Positions 58,733 through 64,000 of a stretch of DNA of 64,000 nt are shown piece after piece. The DNA is taken from assembly GCA_002337125.1 (NCBI GenBank), contig DDFJ01000001.1:967342-1031341 (forward strand), given 5' to 3'. Position 1 is the stretch's first letter. Each line of letters opens with the position of its first letter. This stretch comes from Chitinophagaceae bacterium UBA1931. GTDB taxonomy: Bacteria; Bacteroidota; Bacteroidia; Chitinophagales; Chitinophagaceae. A model generated the notes under the pieces. That model was not told the DNA's origin, searched no databases, and saw only the letters and a list, made by a program, of their open reading frames with translations. Position numbers and translations under genes: made by a program.

Positions 58733-61700
58733 TTATTTCTTTTCCAGCCAAACAATACCGGCATGCTGAGGCACTGTAACTGAAATTATTTTCCCTGCTT
58801 CCACAATTGTTTCATCAGCAAGCAGCTGACCGTTTTGCAGGTTAATATATTTTACTTTGAACGATCCTTTTAATTTAGAAAGATCAATTTGTAGTTGCTT
58901 TTCATTACCGGCATAAACAATCATTCCGTTATTATTTGCCAATGCAGTTATTGTTTCAACCGGCAACATGGTTGCAGCAGCTTTCAAAAATGCTTTATCA
59001 GTTGTTGCAGGCAACACGGGTAATGAACCTCCGCCCATAAGCACAGCCCATCCATACTGATCCCAGCTGTCGGCAGAATACATCACTGCTTTTGCAGGAT
59101 ATTTCAAACGATATTCTTTCACTGCACGATAGACCTGTTCAAAACTTGTTTTCTTTGGTTTCAGTAAACGTGCATGCTGACGTGGTGCTAAATTTTGTCC
59201 GCCCTTTGGTTCATACGTTGTACCATCGGCCTGGTAATACCAGTAACGGATATCAATAATATCAATCACAGGATTGCGTTTAGGATCTGCAAGAATTGCA
59301 TCCTGCACATCTTTGGTTACGCTTAAACCAATAAGTTGTCTTTTCTTATTTGCTTTTTCCCAGCTGTTCACTGCATCTGTCCAGAACTGAACAAAATGCA
59401 AAGGGCCAGTAAACTCTTCACCAATTAATTGTATAACTCCGTTGTTGTCTTTGAAGTTATTCAGGCATTGCCAGATAAATTTTTTATGCAGTTCACGGCG
59501 AACAGCAACTGTTGTATCATAAAACTGTTCTGCCATGAAGAGACGTTTATCCCCGGCATAATTCACCGGCTCTGGAAAACCAACATTGTTGATGTTGTTG
59601 GCAGTACGCCACGGAAAATCTGCATAGTGTGCACCTGCTTCAATAATGTTATGTTGAAAATAATTCTGATGAACAAGGATCAATCCTTTCTGATCTGCAA
59701 GATCAGCAAACTGTTTCATCCTGTTCCAGTACCATTTATTATACTTCGTTAAATCATATTTGCTTAAACCATCCCATGCAGTTTCAATGCCTGTGCGAGC
59801 AAAAGGCAATTCATAAAAAGGTGCCCATACATCACCATCCATTCTGCGGATGCGTTCATGATCATCTCTTCTGCGTTCGTACCACAAAGCATAATGCTGT
59901 TCAATACCAATAGTGTTGCTTGCATGCATACTGTCTGTTACTTCATTCAGATCATCTGTAAAACCTCTGCCTGTACGTCCGGGAACAAAACGTGTAATAG
60001 CAGGTTTTGCATTCTTGAGATCATTGGCATGAATACCGCCTGTCCACCAGGGAACATCAGCACGCATTCCAACCTGCAGTTCATCACCACGCAACAACAC
60101 ACCATTCTTCATTTGAAATGCTGGTGCTTTTGCAACAACCGTTTCTTTCGGAATTCCAATTTCATCAATTGTTTTAATTCCTTTTGATACGATGTTAATG
60201 GGATTGCGTTGTGATGCATTTGCAATCCAGTCTTTCAGTAATAACCTGGGCTGATAAGCTTCTTTTGTTAATGCAGCTGCAACTTCCACACTGGGGCTGC
60301 TGCTTGCTTCTGTTTCAATTTTTAATAATTGCGATTGTGCATCGGTATTTTTATTCAAACGATCAGTAAGCTGAGCGTAGAATAAACTTCTTGGATTAAT
60401 AGAGTTATTTGATTCTGTCCAGTAACCATCACCAGCAAACTGGCTCCAGCTACCAAACGACCAGTTTTGTGCGGTTGGTGGTTTGTAGCAATCAATTCGT
60501 GCAGCAGAGCAATTCCAGAACAAACTGTTGGCAGCACTCCAGCCGGCACCTTGTCCATCCTGTCCACGATTACCAAAACGTAAAGCATTTCCATCGCTGT
60601 TCACCACATCAAATAAAATACCTGAAGACCAGCTGTCAATAGCACCGCTGAATTCATGTGCAAGATTTGATTCGCATTGTACAAAAGCATTTGGTCCTGC
60701 AGCACAATAACCTGTTGCAAAATCATGCATACCATCATAAGCAGCACAACGTTGAAATAAAGTTTGCTGTCCCGCTGTGTAAAATGTATTTCTTCTTTCA
60801 CCACCAATTTCAGAAACCGGTTGTTGTGAAATACAATCTTCGACTGTAACTCGTTTTGCAGTTTCAAGAATCATTACTGCAGACCCTGCAAAGTGCTGAA
60901 ACGTTAATTGACGGGCCCACACATCGTTTGCATTTTCAATGGTGATCGCCATCCAGCGGTGATCTTCATCTTTTGGATTGCTTTTATCAAACACAGAAAT
61001 CAGTTGCAGGTTTTCAACTCCCACATTACTGATTCTTCCATTCCATGTATAAGTTGAAATAAATCCTCCACCATAAGTAGTATCTAACGCAGTTGTAATT
61101 GGAGCATCAACTGTAATTTTATTTCCGTTCACTGATGTAACAGCCCTGTCGAAATACAAATCCCTTTCGCCGGGTTTCCAGCCAAGAGCTGTTATTCCAC
61201 CACCAAAATGATCTGTTCCTAATTCTTTAATCCAGTTCAGCGTTGATGGACGATGAATGATGATGTTATCGCCTGCTTTAAATGCAGATGCATTCGCTAC
61301 TGTAAATGAAAAAGCATTAACAGGTACATATACATCTGAAATCTTTTGTTCAGCTGAAACCTGTTTATCTTTTTTACCAACAATGCGAATGAGTGTAGCC
61401 CTGTCAGTGCCGGCACCAATCAGCTGTGTTCCTTTTTCATTTACCCCACTTCCTCTTAACACCACACCCGATGCTGCAATTTTCAATTGACCAAACACTT
61501 CATATTTTCCCGGCAGCAGCAATACTGCTCCACGAAAACCATTTGCATCCAACGGAAGTTTGCTCACATAATCAAGTGCCGCTTGTATGCGTGCAGTTGC
61601 ATCACCTGCTTTAACAGGCACAACTACTTTTACATCAACCATGGGAATAGATTGCTCAGAAGCTTTGTAACCGCAATAGGAAAAATCAGGAATGCGGTTG

Positions 61701-61849
61701 CCGAGCGAATCAGGAGTGTATGCTAATTTCTTCTCTGCATTAACGTATAATAATGGAACAGGCTTTACAGGTTTTTGCGCCTGTAAAGCCTGGTTCAAGA
61801 AAAATAAACTAATAACTAAAACAACGATATATGAAATTCTTTTTTTCAC
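58733..61849 (-). CDS. Large secreted right-handed beta-helix (pectin-lyase-fold) protein with an uncharacterised about 450-aa C-terminal domain
   Basis: 1038 aa with a GTG start and a signal peptide. GDATARIQAALDYVS...AVLLLPGKYEVFGQLKI resembles the Pectate_lyase_3/rhamnogalacturonase-like N-terminus. The C-terminal half (HYALWYERRRDDHERIRR...LILVHQNYFQHNIIEAGAHYADFPWR) resembles a family I only vaguely recall as a DUF. Confidence 0.5.
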   Translation of the reverse strand: MKKRISYIVVLVISLFFLNQALQAQKPVKPVPLLYVNAEKKLAYTPDSLGNRIPDFSYCGYKASEQSIPMVDVKVVVPVKAGDATARIQAALDYVSKLPLDANGFRGAVLLLPGKYEVFGQLKIAASGVVLRGSGVNEKGTQLIGAGTDRATLIRIVGKKDKQVSAEQKISDVYVPVNAFSFTVANASAFKAGDNIIIHRPSTLNWIKELGTDHFGGGITALGWKPGERDLYFDRAVTSVNGNKITVDAPITTALDTTYGGGFISTYTWNGRISNVGVENLQLISVFDKSNPKDEDHRWMAITIENANDVWARQLTFQHFAGSAVMILETAKRVTVEDCISQQPVSEIGGERRNTFYTAGQQTLFQRCAAYDGMHDFATGYCAAGPNAFVQCESNLAHEFSGAIDSWSSGILFDVVNSDGNALRFGNRGQDGQGAGWSAANSLFWNCSAARIDCYKPPTAQNWSFGSWSQFAGDGYWTESNNSINPRSLFYAQLTDRLNKNTDAQSQLLKIETEASSSPSVEVAAALTKEAYQPRLLLKDWIANASQRNPINIVSKGIKTIDEIGIPKETVVAKAPAFQMKNGVLLRGDELQVGMRADVPWWTGGIHANDLKNAKPAITRFVPGRTGRGFTDDLNEVTDSMHASNTIGIEQHYALWYERRRDDHERIRRMDGDVWAPFYELPFARTGIETAWDGLSKYDLTKYNKWYWNRMKQFADLADQKGLILVHQNYFQHNIIEAGAHYADFPWRTANNINNVGFPEPVNYAGDKRLFMAEQFYDTTVAVRRELHKKFIWQCLNNFKDNNGVIQLIGEEFTGPLHFVQFWTDAVNSWEKANKKRQLIGLSVTKDVQDAILADPKRNPVIDIIDIRYWYYQADGTTYEPKGGQNLAPRQHARLLKPKKTSFEQVYRAVKEYRLKYPAKAVMYSADSWDQYGWAVLMGGGSLPVLPATTDKAFLKAAATMLPVETITALANNNGMIVYAGNEKQLQIDLSKLKGSFKVKYINLQNGQLLADETIVEAGKIISVTVPQHAGIVWLEKK

Positions 61850-61940
61850 TTATGCCGGAATTTAGATTCTTAAAGTTACTGATCAACATTCGTCCGACAT
61901 AAAAGAATACCCGTAGAATTCCTGAAGCCGGGCGTTAAAT

Positions 61941-63590
61941 TTATTTAACCGCAGTTACCGGTTTTACATTCTTGATATCAACAAGACTGTTCAGGTAAAC
62001 CTCGATATTGCTGTAACCACTTTTTGTGATTTTCGCAGCATCTGAAGCATCTTTCGGATTCAGACCATTTTTGATTTCATATGCATCAGGCATACCATCA
62101 TTATCTGAATCTTTGTAAGGAGTACCTGCATAAACAGGATAACCACCTACCTGAACAGGATCAGTAATAATTCCTACTTTATACGAATCAATCGGCATGC
62201 GGCGATGTTTGAACTGTGTTGCAGGCAATGGAACATTCGGATCGAAATCAATTTTTCCTGTTGTTACCTGTTTAACAATTCTTGTATCAACGGCATCACG
62301 TTTAGGAAGTGTTGCACCTGCATTTGCCAATACAAATGTTTTGGCAGCTTCAGCACTAATGATTGTAAACTGAGGCATTGGCAAAGGAGTATTCCACTTC
62401 ATGTAAGGAGTATTCTCTCCTGCATTGGGTAATTCTTCCACCTGCACACCACCATTCCAGTTGTCCTTTGTTACTTCAGGATAACCTTCCATGATATTTC
62501 CGTTTACATAACAACGGCCATATACGTGATGATTTAATTTGCTTCTTCCGCTTTCTGGTTTCAGAATGCGATGACCAACATTGTTATCCTTTGGAGTTGC
62601 AGGGCCTGGTTTGAAGTAGTTATTGATGATGTTGTATTGTGCACGGTAATCGCCACCATCAACAGAACGGTGAACCCAGTTGAATACAACATTGTTTGCA
62701 AAATTGAATATACCATTCCAGCCAACAGAAGGATTACGTCCTGCATTGTTTGCCCAGAGATTACGAACAAAAGAACAGTTTTCACCACCTAATGTGCTGC
62801 CGAAAGCATGATTGTATGTATCAAGTGCTTCTCCAAAAATAGAGTTCTGAATAGTAATATTTGCTGTACCGAATTTATCTTCAATTTTTCCTGTGCTGTC
62901 ATTGTACATGTGACGATACATGCTCATGTTTTCATCCAGTCCCCAGCTTGCAGAAACGTGATCAATCATGATGTTACCAATGGGGTTACCACCAATTGCA
63001 TCATCTCTTCTTCCCACCCATGTTTCACCACGACGGAAACGCATATAACGAATGATTACATCATGTGTATTGATCCACACAGTTTCTCCTGCAATACAAA
63101 CACCATCACCAGGAGCAGACTGACCTTCAATAGTTACATATGGAGCACGGATGATAAGCGGAGATTTGATACGGATAATACCAGCCACATTAAACACAAT
63201 TATTCTTGCACCACCTTGCTCACAAGCCCAGCGAAAACTTCCGGGGCCATCATCATTTAAATTAGTTACAACAATCACACGACCACCACGGCCACCAAAT
63301 GTAAATTTACCACCACCTTCAGCACCTGGAAACGCAGCAAGATTTGATTGAGGCAGATCAGTTGGCCTGCTTGCAAAATCAATATAAGGTTTACCATTTC
63401 TTGCCTCCTGCTGAACAATTGGCCATGCAATTTTCCACATTGAATCGGAATGCGCATTGGCTGCAGCAATTAATGAATCGGATGACTTTTTAACGTCAGC
63501 CGGAATATCAGGATATTGTGCTTTAACACTTACCAAAGAGAAAAAGCAGATTGCCGCTAAAAACAGATTTTTTCTTTTTTGTTTCATCAT
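61941..63590 (-). CDS. Pectate lyase, PL1 family, with C-terminal Ca-binding-type DxDxDG motif
   Basis: 549 aa with a signal peptide. Contains GAEGGGKFTFGGRGGRVIVVTNLNDDGPGSFRWA, TIEGQSAPGDGVCI, IIRYMRFRRG and IMIDHVSASWGLDEN. It also has DSDNDGMPDAYE near the C-terminus. Confidence 0.85.
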   Translation of the reverse strand: MMKQKRKNLFLAAICFFSLVSVKAQYPDIPADVKKSSDSLIAAANAHSDSMWKIAWPIVQQEARNGKPYIDFASRPTDLPQSNLAAFPGAEGGGKFTFGGRGGRVIVVTNLNDDGPGSFRWACEQGGARIIVFNVAGIIRIKSPLIIRAPYVTIEGQSAPGDGVCIAGETVWINTHDVIIRYMRFRRGETWVGRRDDAIGGNPIGNIMIDHVSASWGLDENMSMYRHMYNDSTGKIEDKFGTANITIQNSIFGEALDTYNHAFGSTLGGENCSFVRNLWANNAGRNPSVGWNGIFNFANNVVFNWVHRSVDGGDYRAQYNIINNYFKPGPATPKDNNVGHRILKPESGRSKLNHHVYGRCYVNGNIMEGYPEVTKDNWNGGVQVEELPNAGENTPYMKWNTPLPMPQFTIISAEAAKTFVLANAGATLPKRDAVDTRIVKQVTTGKIDFDPNVPLPATQFKHRRMPIDSYKVGIITDPVQVGGYPVYAGTPYKDSDNDGMPDAYEIKNGLNPKDASDAAKITKSGYSNIEVYLNSLVDIKNVKPVTAVK

Positions 63591-63644
63591 TTATATTTTA
63601 CAAATCATTAGACGATTTAATGGCAGCAAACATGTCTTAAGGGC

Positions 63645-63681
63645 TAAAAAAGAAAGAGAAGATTTGGTGATCTTCTCTTTC
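63645..63681 (-). terminator. Rho-independent terminator/attenuator after the SusD-family gene
   Basis: A perfect 12-bp stem (gaaagagaagat / atcttctctttc) has a 6-nt loop. On the minus strand it is followed by TTTTTT. It starts 18 nt after the stop at 63699. Confidence 0.7.
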
Positions 63682-63698
63682 AAGTTATGTTGGTTTTT

Positions 63699-64000
63699 CT
63701 ATTGTCTTGCATTGAATGTACCAGCTGCACCATTGTAATCATTCCATCCGGTATTTTGTAACAACCATGGATTGAGTGAAAGTACAGTTGAACTTAAACC
63801 GGCTAAATAATAGTTAGGTCTGAAGTTCATTAAAACTGGTGTACCTGAAATGTTATCCATTGCCTGATCTGTTGTAGCAACTACCAGGTTATTATCGAAG
63901 AATGTTTTCAGGTTATTTAACTGAGCTGCAAAGTCTGTAGCATCAGGATCAACAGCAATACCAGTACGTGCACTTGTTAAAGGATCAGTACTACCTGCTG
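63699..64000 (-). CDS. SusD/RagB-family nutrient-binding lipoprotein, 3' end only (5' part beyond window)
   Basis: My minus-strand translation ends ...ATTDQAMDNISGTPVLMNFRPNYYLAGLSSTVLSLNPWLLQNTGWNDYNGAAGTFNARQ* (stop at 63699-63701). The LN.NL.QN.GW-type tail is characteristic of SusD homologues. It is absent from the ORF track because it is truncated. Confidence 0.65.
   Translation of the reverse strand, partial: AGSTDPLTSARTGIAVDPDATDFAAQLNNLKTFFDNNLVVATTDQAMDNISGTPVLMNFRPNYYLAGLSSTVLSLNPWLLQNTGWNDYNGAAGTFNARQ

Noticed and set aside
1-64000. Search for CRISPR arrays, tRNA/rRNA genes, integrases, intact IS elements, toxin-antitoxin pairs, restriction-modification genes or other defence-system genes.
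   Set aside because: I found no regularly spaced direct repeats, no cloverleaf-like or rRNA-like segments in the intergenic regions, and no ORFs with nuclease, ATPase, methylase, integrase or toxin signatures. The window is metabolic and envelope-related apart from the transposase remnant at 2071-2205.

Overview
This 64-kb window looks like a Bacteroidota chromosome, probably Chitinophagaceae or Sphingobacteriia-like. Evidence: a SusD-family gene fragment, signal or lipoprotein leaders on almost every glycosidase, and very tight co-directional gene packing. It splits into three blocks.

(1) 1-9.5 kb holds miscellaneous envelope and pectin genes. These are a multi-domain SGNH/alpha-beta esterase running off the left edge, a Y1 (IS200/RayT-like) transposase remnant, a DUF4382 lipoprotein, a FUSC/YccS membrane protein, a WG-repeat protein, a PL10 pectate lyase, and a GH43 beta-xylosidase-like gene broken by two frameshifts.

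(2) 10.07-27.07 kb, all on the plus strand, is a Wzx/Wzy-dependent surface-polysaccharide locus. It encodes a Wza-like exporter, a short Wzz, a Wzx flippase, a Wzy-like polymerase, two GT4 and two GT2 glycosyltransferases, a WbaP-type initiating transferase and a Wzi-like outer-membrane protein. An embedded three-gene cassette (NDP-hexose 2,3-dehydratase, Gfo/Idh/MocA 3-ketoreductase, SDR reductase) predicts a 2,6-dideoxyhexose. From about 13.6 kb onward the locus is visibly more AT-rich than its flanks.

(3) 27.16-64.0 kb, all on the minus strand, is a rhamnogalacturonan-II/pectin-type utilisation supercluster. It runs from a SusD 3' end through PL1, a beta-helix protein, GH140-like, GH43, two to three (alpha/alpha)6 hydrolases, an Asp-box propeller protein, GH2 and a GH78-sialidase-fold fusion. 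It continues directly into two sugar-catabolic modules.

The most interesting hypotheses concern those two modules. (a) The DapA-aldolase x2 / Fe-ADH / DUF1537-kinase / PdxA2 / FucI-like isomerase / SSS-transporter module may be an undescribed pathway for the RG-II ulosonic acids Dha and Kdo. (b) The FGGY-kinase / split-transketolase / isomerase module may be a variant of the D-apiose transketolase pathway.

Two families of short conserved intergenic repeats also occur within the catabolic and glycosidase operons. I found no rRNA, tRNA, CRISPR array, intact mobile element or recognisable defence system.
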